Source: an uncultured Campylobacterales bacterium (GTDB taxonomy: Bacteria > Campylobacterota > Campylobacteria > Campylobacterales > CACVAW01). From it: a stretch of 64,000 nt of DNA. The notes under the pieces were generated by a model that was given only the letters and a program-made list of their open reading frames with translations, did no database searches and had not been told where the DNA came from. Positions 23,326 through 33,195 of the stretch are shown here, piece by piece. Positions within the stretch are counted from its first letter, which is position 1, and the number at the start of each line of letters is the position of its first letter. The stretch spans positions 72,726 to 136,725 of the forward strand of contig CACVAW010000010.1 in assembly GCA_902727925.1 (NCBI GenBank). Reading direction: 5' to 3'. The translations under genes and the position numbers were made by a program.

Positions 23326-24144
23326 GTGAAAAAAGAAATGATTACCATGGCTATAGTTGCAACACTTTTTAGTGCTTGTGCTAGTACAAATACTGTAGTA
23401 AAAAGTAGTGTATCTGAACAAAAAACAAATCTTACATTAAGTACGGCAGGTAAAGGATTTGGTCCTCAATCTCCTCGTGATATTGATGTTGTTTCAGGAA
23501 GTAATACAATAAAATTTAGTACTGCACCTAAATATCAAGAGATGAATCTTTGTAATATTCATTTCCATAAAAATGCAGAACATAAAGGTGGAGAGTTTAC
23601 TACTAGTACAAAAAGTGGATATAAGTATTCTGGAAGTCTAAATACCAAAGAACTTACACAACTACCAAATGATGTTTGTTCAGGTAAATATGGTGGGTTA
23701 AATGCAGGTGATACTATCGAGTTACATTATGTACATTCAACTGCCAAAGTTAATCCAGGTCCTACTCTTGGAGCGTGTTTAAGTGATGCTATAAAAAACC
23801 CTCAGCTTCGTGTAGAAGCTCAAGTATATGTTCTTGTAAACGATAAGAATGCTCTTGATTTTACTGAACTTACAAAAAATGAAAAGATTAATGGCTTTAA
23901 TCAAGCAGTTAATATTCCAAATACCACTGGTACACCGGTTGAGTATGCAGGTTCAACAACAGGTCCTAGCTATAATGAACAAGGCTCACCATTTCAAGTT
24001 ACTTGGAACGTAAGACCAAAAATCGCTAAAGTGAATATTAAAAGTGTTGGTAAGTGGTGTGAAGCAAATATATATAATGAAGATCATGCTCATGGTGTAA
24101 GAAACCTTGTGACAAACCCAGATCTTATTTCAGAGATTAAGTAA
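23326..24144 (+). CDS. Lipoprotein with a carbonic-anhydrase-like zinc-site motif pattern (alpha/delta-type)
   Basis: Lipobox LFSAC. NIHFHKNAEHKGGEF ... GDTIELHYVHST parallels the alpha-CA pattern HFHWG...EH...ELHLVH. Confidence 0.5.
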   Translation: MKKEMITMAIVATLFSACASTNTVVKSSVSEQKTNLTLSTAGKGFGPQSPRDIDVVSGSNTIKFSTAPKYQEMNLCNIHFHKNAEHKGGEFTTSTKSGYKYSGSLNTKELTQLPNDVCSGKYGGLNAGDTIELHYVHSTAKVNPGPTLGACLSDAIKNPQLRVEAQVYVLVNDKNALDFTELTKNEKINGFNQAVNIPNTTGTPVEYAGSTTGPSYNEQGSPFQVTWNVRPKIAKVNIKSVGKWCEANIYNEDHAHGVRNLVTNPDLISEIK

Positions 24145-24213
24145 CTAAAGTCAAATATACCTCGTAGTTAAATTACTATGGAGGTATATTTATTAATATT
24201 ATTTCCATAAGAG

Positions 24214-25035
24214 GTGTTTTTAATGAATTTTTATGATAGATTAGATACTGCTTGGAAGTTCAACAATTCGGTTCTTTGTATAGGTCTTGACGCTGATATT
24301 GAGATTATCAAAGATTATGAAAAGTCCATTTTTGAGTTCAACAAAAATATTATCGATGCTACGCACGACCTTGTATGTGCATATAAACCTCAGATATCCT
24401 ATTATAATGCTTATGGTCTTGAGCGTGAACTTGAAATGACTATAGAATATATCAAGACAAAATATCCAGATATTTTAGTGATATTAGACTCAAAAAGAGG
24501 GGATATTGGTAAGACTAGTGAGCTTTATGCTATTGAAGCATATGATAGGTACAAAGCTGATTGCGTTACAGTGAATCCATATATGGGAAGTGATAGTGTT
24601 GAGCCATTTACAAGATATAAAGACAAAGGTGTAATAGTACTTTGTAAAACATCAAATCCAAGTTCAAGTGAAATTCAAAGTCTTAGAATAAAAAATGAAA
24701 CAGAAGAGAAAAAAGTATATGAAGAAATACTTGATCTATGTATAAACAAATGGAATTCAAATAAAAATATAGCTGTCGTTATGGGTGCTACTCAAGTAGA
24801 AGAGTTGGCTCACATAAGAAGTCTAAGTGATGAAGTACCTTTTTTAATTCCAGGAGTTGGAGCGCAGGGTGGAGATATCGAAGATGTCGTAAATAACGCA
24901 AAAACTTCTAAGAATAAAGGTATGATAATAAATTCAAGTAGAGCTATAATATATGCTTCAAAAGATGTAGATTACGCAAAAAATGCACGAATAATTGCCA
25001 AACAAACAAGAGATGAAATAAACCAATATATATGA
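24214..25035 (+). CDS. pyrF: Orotidine 5'-phosphate decarboxylase, type 2
   Basis: LCIGLDAD, ILDSKRGDIGKT and IPGVGAQGG motifs. The start may be ATG 24223. Confidence 0.9.
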   Translation: MFLMNFYDRLDTAWKFNNSVLCIGLDADIEIIKDYEKSIFEFNKNIIDATHDLVCAYKPQISYYNAYGLERELEMTIEYIKTKYPDILVILDSKRGDIGKTSELYAIEAYDRYKADCVTVNPYMGSDSVEPFTRYKDKGVIVLCKTSNPSSSEIQSLRIKNETEEKKVYEEILDLCINKWNSNKNIAVVMGATQVEELAHIRSLSDEVPFLIPGVGAQGGDIEDVVNNAKTSKNKGMIINSSRAIIYASKDVDYAKNARIIAKQTRDEINQYI

Positions 25036-25571
25036 AACTTTGCGGTATAGATGAAGCTGGAAGAGGTCCACTTGCTGGGCCACTTGTTTTTGCCGGAGTA
25101 GTCCTAAGCAAACCTATTGATGGTTTGGCTGATTCTAAAAAACTTAGTCAGAAAAAACGAGAGTTTTTTTATGAAGAGATTATTCAAAATAGTATTTATA
25201 AAATAATATTCACTAATTCAGCTAAGATAGATAAAGATGGTCTTTCATCTTGTATATCAAACTCTTTAGAAGAGTTAAAAGAGTTCTTTTTAGACTATGA
25301 TATACTTTTTGATGGTAATAGTAATTATAAAGTTGAAGGTATAAGAACACTTATAAAAGCAGATACACTAATAGCTGAAGTAAGTGCTGCAAGTATTTTG
25401 GCAAAAGTATCAAGAGATAGGTATATGACTAAAGTTGATGATTCATATCCAGAATATGGTTTTGCTAAACATAAGGGGTATGGAACAAAAATGCATAGAG
25501 ATGCAATTTTAAAATATGGTGTTTGTCCTCTTCATAGAATGAGTTTCTTAAAAAATATTTTAGTTCTTTAA
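25032..25571 (+). CDS. rnhB: Ribonuclease HII
   Basis: CGIDEAGRGPLAGPLVFAGV and ADSKKLS motifs. ATGA overlap with the pyrF stop. Confidence 0.9.
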   Translation: MKLCGIDEAGRGPLAGPLVFAGVVLSKPIDGLADSKKLSQKKREFFYEEIIQNSIYKIIFTNSAKIDKDGLSSCISNSLEELKEFFLDYDILFDGNSNYKVEGIRTLIKADTLIAEVSAASILAKVSRDRYMTKVDDSYPEYGFAKHKGYGTKMHRDAILKYGVCPLHRMSFLKNILVL

Positions 25572-26507
25572 AAAGTCATAAGGTGCACTTTCACCAAGTA
25601 GTGCTTTAATTCTATTTTTTACATTAGGATGAGTTGAAAATATACTATCACCTTTGACAAAGATATAAGCTGCTTTTCTTGCTTTATTATTATCATTTGG
25701 ATAATCATTTTTTTCATAATCACCTGAGATTTTTCTTAGTGCACTTGCCATTGCGTCAGGGTTTCTTATAAGTTCAACTGCTCCACTGTCAGCCATATAT
25801 TCACGGCTACGCGAAAGGTACATTTGAAGCATTATAGTTATAATAGGTAAGATGAATTGCAAAAGTAATAGAATCATTTTTGCATTTTGTGCACCTTTGC
25901 TTCTACTCCCTCGCATAAAGAAATAAACAATATTGTTAACCACAAAAAGCATTATATTTGTAAGTACACCTACAACTAAAGTAAGCTTTATATCCTCATT
26001 TCTAACATGTGTTATCTCATGTGCCATTACGGCTTGAATTTCTTCTCTGTTGAGTTTGTTTATCAGACCTGTAGTGATTGCTACAAGAGAGTTGTCTCCC
26101 CAACCACTTGCAAAGGCATTCATATAATCAGCATTGACAATATATACTTTTGGTATTTTTTGTATGCCTCCTGCTACGCAAAGCTCTTCTACTATATTAT
26201 AAATCTGTTTTGCTGTGTAGTCAGTTGATTTGGCATTTACCTCTATATATTCATCGCCTTTTAGTAGTACCTTGTGAAAGAATTTGGTGGATATATAGAT
26301 ACTTATAATTGCGACACCAAGCATTATAAGTGTAGCTATAGGAGTAACTTCAAAGTTAATAAGCATCTTTAAAGACTCGCTAAGTGTTCCTTGATTAAGT
26401 ATAATAACATCAAGTAAAAGACCTATACAGCAGTATATAAAGATATATATAGCTAAAACTATTTTTGTTTTTTTACGGTTTTTTCTAATTATATCTTTAT
26501 ATGACAT
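25560..26507 (-). CDS. htpX: M48-family zinc metalloprotease HtpX
   Basis: HEITHV zinc motif with flanking TM segments and a downstream REYMADSGA block. Confidence 0.85.
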   Translation of the reverse strand: MSYKDIIRKNRKKTKIVLAIYIFIYCCIGLLLDVIILNQGTLSESLKMLINFEVTPIATLIMLGVAIISIYISTKFFHKVLLKGDEYIEVNAKSTDYTAKQIYNIVEELCVAGGIQKIPKVYIVNADYMNAFASGWGDNSLVAITTGLINKLNREEIQAVMAHEITHVRNEDIKLTLVVGVLTNIMLFVVNNIVYFFMRGSRSKGAQNAKMILLLLQFILPIITIMLQMYLSRSREYMADSGAVELIRNPDAMASALRKISGDYEKNDYPNDNNKARKAAYIFVKGDSIFSTHPNVKNRIKALLGESAPYDFLKN

Positions 26508-26520
26508 TTGTTATATACCT

Positions 26521-27870
26521 TTATCCTATTTTTGACTTTTTCATTATATCAGAAATCAAAAATGCAAGTTCTAATGCTTGTGAAGCATTCAGCCTTGGAT
26601 CACAAGTTGTTGTATATTTTTCGCCTAATTTTTCTTCTGTGATATCTTGAAAACCTCCAACACATTCAGTTACATTTTTACCAGTCATTTCAAGATGTAT
26701 TCCTCCGGGAATTGTACCTTCAGCTTTATGTATCTCGAAGAATTTCTTTACTTCAAAAAGTACTTTATCGAACATTCTTGTTTTATAGTTTGTTGAAGAG
26801 TTAAAAGTATTTCCGTGCATTGGATCACTGCTCCATATTACATTTCTTCCCTCTTTTTTGATAGCTCTTATTAGTGATGGTAAATTTTCTTCTATTTTAT
26901 CCGCACCCATTCTTACAATCAGAGTAAGTCTTCCTTCTTCATTTGTTGGGTTTAATACTTGCGTTAATTTTATCAGTTCATCTGGACTTATCTTATCACT
27001 GATTTTTACGCCTATTGGGTTTTGTATACCTCTAAAGAATTCTATATGAGCACCATCAAGGTCTCTTGTACGTTCACCTATCCATACAAAATGCGCAGAA
27101 CAGTCATACCATCCACCTTTTGTACTATCTTCTCTTGTTAGCGCTGTTTCATAAGGCATAAGAAGAGCTTCATGTGAAGTATATAGTGTAGTTTCAGCGA
27201 TTTGTGGAGATGAAGATGGGTTTATTCCACACGATTCCATAAATTTTAGAGTTTGTTCTATTTGTTTTGCCATTTCTTGATATTTTAAGCCTAGTGTTGA
27301 GTTTTTTACGAAATCTAGATTCCACTTGGTTACTTCGTGTAAGTCAGCAAGACCACCTCTAGCAAAACCTTTTAGTAAGTTTTGAGTAACGGCTGCTTGA
27401 TTATATGCTTTTATCATACGGCTTGGATCAGGTATTCTTGCATTTTGGTTAAATTCAGACGAATTTATGATATCACCTCTAAAGCTAGGAAGTTCTAGTC
27501 CATCTTTTGATTCGATATCGCTACTTCTTGGTTTTGCAAATTGTCCAGCTACACGTCCAATTTTTACAACTGGTTTTTCTCCAGCGTAAGTTAGGACTAC
27601 AGCCATTTGAAGTAGTATTTTGAATAAGTCTTTTATGTTGTTTGCACTAAACTGATCAAAGCTTTCAGCACAATCACCACCTTGAAGTAGATATGCTTCA
27701 CCTCTACAAACTTTTGCTAGTTCTTTTTTTAAGTTTCTTGTTTCACCTGCAAATACTAGTGGAGGTAAATTTGAGAGTTCTTTTTCTATAATTGAGAGTT
27801 CTTTTATATCCTGATAAGTTGGTTGTTGCTTAATAGGTTTTTTCTTCCAACTTTCCTTTGACCAATTCAT
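26521..27870 (-). CDS. 3-deoxy-7-phosphoheptulonate (DAHP) synthase, class II
   Basis: 449 aa. WSKESWKKKPIKQQPTY..., LLQGGDCAESF and KPRSS motifs are characteristic of class II DAHP synthase. Confidence 0.9.
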   Translation of the reverse strand: MNWSKESWKKKPIKQQPTYQDIKELSIIEKELSNLPPLVFAGETRNLKKELAKVCRGEAYLLQGGDCAESFDQFSANNIKDLFKILLQMAVVLTYAGEKPVVKIGRVAGQFAKPRSSDIESKDGLELPSFRGDIINSSEFNQNARIPDPSRMIKAYNQAAVTQNLLKGFARGGLADLHEVTKWNLDFVKNSTLGLKYQEMAKQIEQTLKFMESCGINPSSSPQIAETTLYTSHEALLMPYETALTREDSTKGGWYDCSAHFVWIGERTRDLDGAHIEFFRGIQNPIGVKISDKISPDELIKLTQVLNPTNEEGRLTLIVRMGADKIEENLPSLIRAIKKEGRNVIWSSDPMHGNTFNSSTNYKTRMFDKVLFEVKKFFEIHKAEGTIPGGIHLEMTGKNVTECVGGFQDITEEKLGEKYTTTCDPRLNASQALELAFLISDIMKKSKIG

Positions 27871-27956
27871 ATTGTTCCTTATTTAATGTTTAATGTTTTA
27901 ATTATACTTAATTGCTTTTAGCTTTTGTGAAGTTTACGTAAAATAGATTATTTAGA

Positions 27957-28700
27957 TCAGTGTTCATTTATATTTTTGTGAATCTCTTCAAGTGTTTTTA
28001 AAAAATCTTCTCTTACATCATAAGCAAAAGGGTTTTCATTTTGGATAGTATAAAAAAGCTCATCAGAGTCGTTTTTGACTATATTCTTTGCACTTTGTAA
28101 GTATTCATAAGTTTTTGTTTGTTGATCTTCATACACAGGTAAATCAAACTTAACTAAAGCTTTTGATACAAAGTGGCTTAGGGCTTGGATGTATGCCATT
28201 TGCTTGTCGTGTTCCTTCGCTGTTGTTTTAATTATTTTTAGATGTAATTTTTGGGTTAAGAAGTTTGTTATCTCTTTTTCTTGTGTTGTTCTTATTGGGA
28301 ATATTGCTATTTTTTTGTCTTTAAGACCGTCTTTTGTGCTTTCAGGTCCAAAAAGAGGGTGCGTAGCAAAGATTTCTACATCTTTGTGCAAATGTTTTTC
28401 TAGTAAATCAATTGCTTTTACTTTGATTGAAAGCACATCTATGACAAGCGTATTAGGTGCTATTAAGTGTGCGTTTTGTTCTATGAAATTTTTAAATCCA
28501 GTATATGGAATAGCTAAGATTATAATATCTTGTTTGAGTGCATTTTCCAGAGTTGAGGATTCTATATCATTTGGTACTAAGCTATGAGTATCATAAACAT
28601 ATATGTCGAAAAATTCTTTTAAGTGTGAAGCTATTAGTTTACCAAAGTTCCCATAGCCTATTAAGCCTATGGTTTTTGTACAGTTTTTTTTATCAATCAT
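27957..28700 (-). CDS. tyrA: Prephenate/arogenate dehydrogenase
   Basis: Rossmann motif IGLIGYGNFGK and FATHPLFGP. Adjacent to the DAHP synthase gene. Confidence 0.75.
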   Translation of the reverse strand: MIDKKNCTKTIGLIGYGNFGKLIASHLKEFFDIYVYDTHSLVPNDIESSTLENALKQDIIILAIPYTGFKNFIEQNAHLIAPNTLVIDVLSIKVKAIDLLEKHLHKDVEIFATHPLFGPESTKDGLKDKKIAIFPIRTTQEKEITNFLTQKLHLKIIKTTAKEHDKQMAYIQALSHFVSKALVKFDLPVYEDQQTKTYEYLQSAKNIVKNDSDELFYTIQNENPFAYDVREDFLKTLEEIHKNINEH

Positions 28701-28789
28701 AATTGTGTAATAACCTATAAAATAAGAGATAGTAGAAGTTTAGCATAAGTAAGTTTCAATATAATTAACGCCTATAAATATAGATGTAA

Positions 28790-29224
28790 GTGAATAGGAC
28801 TTTTATAATGATTTTTGATAAATTAGATAAATATAGTGATTTGGGACTTTTGATACTTAGAGTAGGTATAGGAATAATGTTTATATGTCATGGATACCCT
28901 AAAATTTTGGATGGAGTTGATGAGTGGACAAGACTTGGTAGTAATCTTAGTCATCTTGGAATTAATTTTGCTCCTACTTTTATGGGTCTTAGTGCTGCTT
29001 TAGCAGAATTTGTTGGTGGGGTACTTCTAGTTTTAGGGTTACTAACTAGGCCTGCGTGTATATTTTTATGTATCACTATGACGGTAGCTACTGTTATGCA
29101 TATTAGTGAAGAACATGATTTCAAGAAATATTCTCACGCACTTGAAGCTGCGATATTGTTTTTCAGTCTTGTTTTTATTGGGCCTGGTAAATATTCGTTT
29201 GATAGAAAATTTTCTATGCACTAA
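28790..29224 (+). CDS. DoxX family membrane protein
   Basis: LLILRVGIGIMFICHGYPK... with four TM segments, typical of DoxX. The start may be the internal ATG 28808. Confidence 0.7.
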   Translation: MNRTFIMIFDKLDKYSDLGLLILRVGIGIMFICHGYPKILDGVDEWTRLGSNLSHLGINFAPTFMGLSAALAEFVGGVLLVLGLLTRPACIFLCITMTVATVMHISEEHDFKKYSHALEAAILFFSLVFIGPGKYSFDRKFSMH

Positions 29225-29235
29225 AGATTAGATTA

Positions 29236-30240
29236 ATGCAAGTAACAACAAAGAAAAAATGTGTAGCTCTTTTTAGTGGTGGACTTGATAGTATGATATC
29301 TATGAAGCTTATGAGTGATCAAGGTATTGATGTAACTGCTCTTCATATAGATATGGGCTTTGGTGCAAAAAAGTCAAAAAAAGATTTATTAGAAAAACGA
29401 GCTACTAGTGTAGGTGCGAAACTTAGAATCGCAGATATCACAGAACAATATATAAAAGATATACTCTTTACTCCAAAATATGGTTATGGAAAGAATTTGA
29501 ACCCTTGTGTTGATTGTCATGGGAATATGCTTGCAGTTGCAAAAAAAGTTATGGTTGAAATTGGAGCTGACTTTATTGTTACCGGTGAAGTAATAGGGCA
29601 AAGACCAAAAAGTCAAAAAAAAGATGCTATGAAAATAGTTACTGAAATTGGTGTAGGTATTGATGATGTTGATTTGGTACTTCGTCCAATGAGTGCAAAA
29701 CTACTTGAACCTACAAAAGCTGAAATAAAAGGTTGGGTAGATAGAGAGAAACTTCTAGGACTTAGCGGAAGAAATAGAGAAGTTCAACTAAATTTTGCAA
29801 AAGAGTATGGTTTTGAAGACTATGAAACTCCAGGAGGAGGGTGTCTTCTTACTGATATTGGGTTTACTAAGAAGATTAAAGAATCAGTGAAATTTTCAAA
29901 GTTTGATGTAGAAGAGCTTTCAGTTCTTAAAGTTGGGCGTCACTTAAGACTTCCTGATGGAGCAAAGCTTGTTCTTGGCAAGGATCAAAAAGATAATGAA
30001 ACTATGAGAACTTTAGAACTTACTAAATATAACGTTATGGATGTTGTAGATGTTCCTAGTCCTCTTGCTTTACTTTCTTCTAATATTAGTGATCAAGATA
30101 GAAATCTTGCTATTAAAATTATTCTTACGCATACAAAAGCGCTTGCTAGTAATAAGTATGATGTAAATATTGCAGGTACAATATACTCAGATAGTCCGTT
30201 TGAAGCAAAAGAGGCAACAAGAGAGTATTTTGTAAATTAA
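29236..30240 (+). CDS. PP-loop ATP pyrophosphatase family protein (tRNA thiolation-type, ThiI/MnmA-like)
   Basis: SGGxDS PP-loop (ALFSGGLDSM) and NPCVDCH cysteine motif. Confidence 0.6.
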   Translation: MQVTTKKKCVALFSGGLDSMISMKLMSDQGIDVTALHIDMGFGAKKSKKDLLEKRATSVGAKLRIADITEQYIKDILFTPKYGYGKNLNPCVDCHGNMLAVAKKVMVEIGADFIVTGEVIGQRPKSQKKDAMKIVTEIGVGIDDVDLVLRPMSAKLLEPTKAEIKGWVDREKLLGLSGRNREVQLNFAKEYGFEDYETPGGGCLLTDIGFTKKIKESVKFSKFDVEELSVLKVGRHLRLPDGAKLVLGKDQKDNETMRTLELTKYNVMDVVDVPSPLALLSSNISDQDRNLAIKIILTHTKALASNKYDVNIAGTIYSDSPFEAKEATREYFVN

Positions 30241-30247
30241 GTAAATT

Positions 30248-31975
30248 TTATTTTACTTGTGTTCTATATATTAGAGTAAAACAAGGTATTGGTCCAGTAG
30301 TAGTTCTTGCATTCATAATTCCAGAAAATTGTATTTCAAAAGATTTTACATCATCATCAAAGTCTGGTGATGGGGATATTGTTATATTTGAGTCATTTTT
30401 AAATGTGACATCAGATGGATAATCTAGGCTTAGTCCACTATTCATAGTACTTGTCTCTGGAGAACAATTATTGTCACTGAAGATAAATGGTGTTCCAGTA
30501 GAATTTAGATTTCCAACAAAAAGACTTAAATTTTCGGGTAGGGTATCTCTTATAGTTACTGTGCCTGTATCTGGAGATTTGTCTCCTAAATTTTTTATTA
30601 TGAGAGTATAATCAATATATGCTCCTGGAATTGCCTTAGCATTATCTTCATTGTTTACATTGTCCCAAATAGTTTGATTTGTTTTGCTTAGTGTTAGAAT
30701 CACTTCTCTTTTTTTACCCACTGTATAAACTCCATCACTAGGTAAGTAAGAAAAGTTTATTTTCCCATCACTCATTACAGCTGTACTAACTTCACTAAAG
30801 TTTCCTGTTGTTCCTGATCTATAAAGAAGTCCATAAGTTTCACCGTTTTCTATATCTAATCCTATTGTAGAAGCATTAAACTCTAGGTTAACAAGTCCAT
30901 CTGTACCTGTAGTATCTATGTACCATGTTCTACTGGCTCTATCTGTGTAATTGCTACTAATTGCTAAATCAGATGACGTAACAGAAGTTGGAGGAGTAGT
31001 TGTAAGATAGTTTACTCCTACAGTCATATATTTACCATTGGAAAGAAAAGTATTGTTAGTAATAGTTATTCCTTGCGAAGTTGCTACGCTCTGAATACCA
31101 TCACTTTCTTCTCCAATACCAGCAACAAAAAAATCATATTTTCCATTAGCGCTTGTATCACCATTATATATGTCTATATAAGTAGAAATATTTTGAAAAG
31201 ATTTATCCCATTTTGATGATAGGTAGTTGTTTAAAATATTTTTTTGAGCGGAGTTTAGAGTAGCTTGATAAAAAATGGCTTCAAATATACGTCCGTTAAA
31301 AGCTAAGTTTGTTGAAGTCGCAAAATTACCAAGAGCAAAACTAGAATTTATGTTTACATATGGTCCAGCTCCTCCGTCAGATAGTTGAATTCTTCCATCT
31401 CTAAGTACTTGTTGAGAGGTAGTGTTAGCAATAAAATTCCAAATATATTGTTGAGCTATTGTAATAGAAAATACACCTGAAAGTCTAGCTGGATTACCAC
31501 AACATGTGCCATGGTCAAAATAAGTTCTATTATTCCCCCAAGGTGTATGGGCACTTATCCTACTGTTTGTTTGAAGTGCTGAGTTTGATGAGAATAAAAA
31601 ATGATTTTCTATTCTATCCGTAGCTGCTACAATATATATTTCTGCTATTCGTATAGGTGTACCTGTATAAATATCGGTAGCTCTTCTAAGAGAATCATTA
31701 GCCCCATCATAGTCAACTCCATGTCTTTCTGCTGAAATAGAATTTTGTCTATATCTTGGTCTTGATACATTAGCAGGAGCTGATAAATCATTGTTATTGA
31801 CTGATTTATCAGACCAGTCTTGAATAAAGGAATTATTATTTGGATTGTTTGTATAGTTATTATCTGCATCAAGATCAACTGCGTCATACCATGCCCGTTG
31901 GCTAGTACTAATATCATCAGGAGCTGCTGAGTTAAGAAGCGTAATTAATGTGAATACGGCGAGTAGTACTTTCAC
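30248..31975 (-). CDS. Secreted LamG-like (concanavalin-type jelly-roll) domain protein with beta-rich C-terminal domains
   Basis: I prefer GTG 31975, preceded by AAAGGGA, which gives the signal peptide VKVLLAVFTLITLLNSAAP. The track's ATG 32053 has no SD and lies inside the 106-bp repeat. LamG-like block ...FNGRIFEAIFYQATLNSAQKNILNNYLSSKW. Confidence 0.7.
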   Translation of the reverse strand: MKVLLAVFTLITLLNSAAPDDISTSQRAWYDAVDLDADNNYTNNPNNNSFIQDWSDKSVNNNDLSAPANVSRPRYRQNSISAERHGVDYDGANDSLRRATDIYTGTPIRIAEIYIVAATDRIENHFLFSSNSALQTNSRISAHTPWGNNRTYFDHGTCCGNPARLSGVFSITIAQQYIWNFIANTTSQQVLRDGRIQLSDGGAGPYVNINSSFALGNFATSTNLAFNGRIFEAIFYQATLNSAQKNILNNYLSSKWDKSFQNISTYIDIYNGDTSANGKYDFFVAGIGEESDGIQSVATSQGITITNNTFLSNGKYMTVGVNYLTTTPPTSVTSSDLAISSNYTDRASRTWYIDTTGTDGLVNLEFNASTIGLDIENGETYGLLYRSGTTGNFSEVSTAVMSDGKINFSYLPSDGVYTVGKKREVILTLSKTNQTIWDNVNNEDNAKAIPGAYIDYTLIIKNLGDKSPDTGTVTIRDTLPENLSLFVGNLNSTGTPFIFSDNNCSPETSTMNSGLSLDYPSDVTFKNDSNITISPSPDFDDDVKSFEIQFSGIMNARTTTGPIPCFTLIYRTQVK

Positions 31976-32013
31976 TAAATTCCCTTTTTGTTCTATATGT
32001 TGTATATTATAAT

Positions 32014-32119
32014 TTATTACCGCACCAATTAAATATAGCAATTTAAATGGCATAAGAGTACTATTTTTAGGGTATCATAGAAAAAATTATTTTCTATATT
32101 TTAATAGTGGAGTAATAAT
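32014..32119. repeat. 106-bp perfect inverted repeat, right copy
   Basis: Exact reverse complement of 15550-15655. It lies 39 nt upstream of the preferred GTG start of the LamG-like gene. Confidence 0.95.
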
Positions 32120-32158
32120 AAACTTTATTATTAATATTTTTGATATAATCTATGTATT

Positions 32159-32695
32159 ATGAAGAGTTATTTTATTACAGATTTATTAGTACCTAATGTC
32201 AGTAAATATCTAAAAGAAGTATACAAAAAGTATAGCCCTGATTTTGTATGCTACCGAGATAAGTCGGGGAATAGTGACTTTATGAAAAAAGCAGAAATCT
32301 TTCTTCAAACTTCTAAAGAATATGGAATTAAAAATATATATTTAAATAGTAATTTTAAATTAGCATCTAGTTTAGGTTATGATGGTGTGCATCTTACTTC
32401 ATTTCAAATTGACTTGATAGATAAAGTTAAAAAGATAAAGTTAAAAGTAATTGTTAGTACTCATAATGAAAATGAGATTAAGAGATCTAAAGAAGCTGAC
32501 TTCATAACATATAGCCCGGTATTTAAGACTCCTAATAAGGGGGTTTCAAAGGGAATTATAGATTTAAAAGAGATAGTTTTAAAATATAAAGATGTCAAAA
32601 TATTTGCTCTTGGTGGTATAATATCACCTATACATATTGAACAAATTAAGAGTACAAATGCTTATGGGTTTGCTTCAATAAGATATTTTCAATAG
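32159..32695 (+). CDS. thiE: Thiamine-phosphate synthase
   Basis: GYDGVHLTS, VSTHN, ADFITYSPVFKTPNK and ALGGI motifs. Confidence 0.75.
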   Translation: MKSYFITDLLVPNVSKYLKEVYKKYSPDFVCYRDKSGNSDFMKKAEIFLQTSKEYGIKNIYLNSNFKLASSLGYDGVHLTSFQIDLIDKVKKIKLKVIVSTHNENEIKRSKEADFITYSPVFKTPNKGVSKGIIDLKEIVLKYKDVKIFALGGIISPIHIEQIKSTNAYGFASIRYFQ

Positions 32696-32738
32696 AATTA
32701 TATATTTAAATAAAATATAAAAATTAAAAGGGTTTAAA

Positions 32739-33185
32739 ATGGATTTTTTAGTAGATTATTATTTGGAGCTTAAAGTATTACATATATTATCATTTGTATC
32801 ATGGTTTGCAGCACTTTTTTACCTGCCTAGACTTTTTGTTTATCATAGTGCAAATTTACAAACAAAAGCGTATACAGACATTGTAGAAGTTCAAGAAGCA
32901 AAGCTTTATAAATATATAGCGATGCCAGCGATGATAGGTACAATTTTAAGTGGATTTTTACTTCTTATGGGGAATTTATCAATTATGAGTGGTGCTGGAT
33001 TTATGCATGCGAAATTAATGTTAGTTCTTTTATTGATTGGTTTTCACTTTAGTTTGGGGTATTATAAAAATGCACTTACAAATAAGACTTGTAAAAGAAG
33101 TGGAAAGTTTTTTAGATTTTATAATGAAATTCCAACATTATTACTAGTAGGAATTGTTGTTTTAGTAGTTCTTCGACCATTTTAA
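32739..33185 (+). CDS. hemJ: Protoporphyrinogen IX oxidase HemJ (UPF0093 family)
   Basis: LKVLHILSFVSWFAALFYLPRLFVYH and HAKLMLVLLLIGFH are typical HemJ motifs. Confidence 0.8.
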   Translation: MDFLVDYYLELKVLHILSFVSWFAALFYLPRLFVYHSANLQTKAYTDIVEVQEAKLYKYIAMPAMIGTILSGFLLLMGNLSIMSGAGFMHAKLMLVLLLIGFHFSLGYYKNALTNKTCKRSGKFFRFYNEIPTLLLVGIVVLVVLRPF

Positions 33186-33195
33186 TAGCTACGCT

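Noticed and set aside
28189-28587. 132-aa plus-strand ORF opposite tyrA; similar cases at 34984-35424 (opposite rsmG), 39159-39488, 36567-36830, 49295-49501 and 51001-51414
   Set aside because: All are embedded antisense or out of frame within genes that have clear family motifs. They are typical shadow ORFs.
31645-31917. 90-aa alternative-frame ORF inside the LamG-like gene
   Set aside because: It is same-strand and out of frame within a much longer ORF. Its Q/I/L-rich low-complexity translation is typical of frame-shifted AT-rich sequence.
31976-32053. ATG 32053 as the start of the LamG-like gene (the 601-aa track model)
   Set aside because: No SD precedes it, and it would place the hydrophobic signal sequence 27 residues in. 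GTG 31975 has an AAAGGGA SD and gives a normal signal peptide. The in-frame upstream ATG is noted in the inverted-repeat finding instead.
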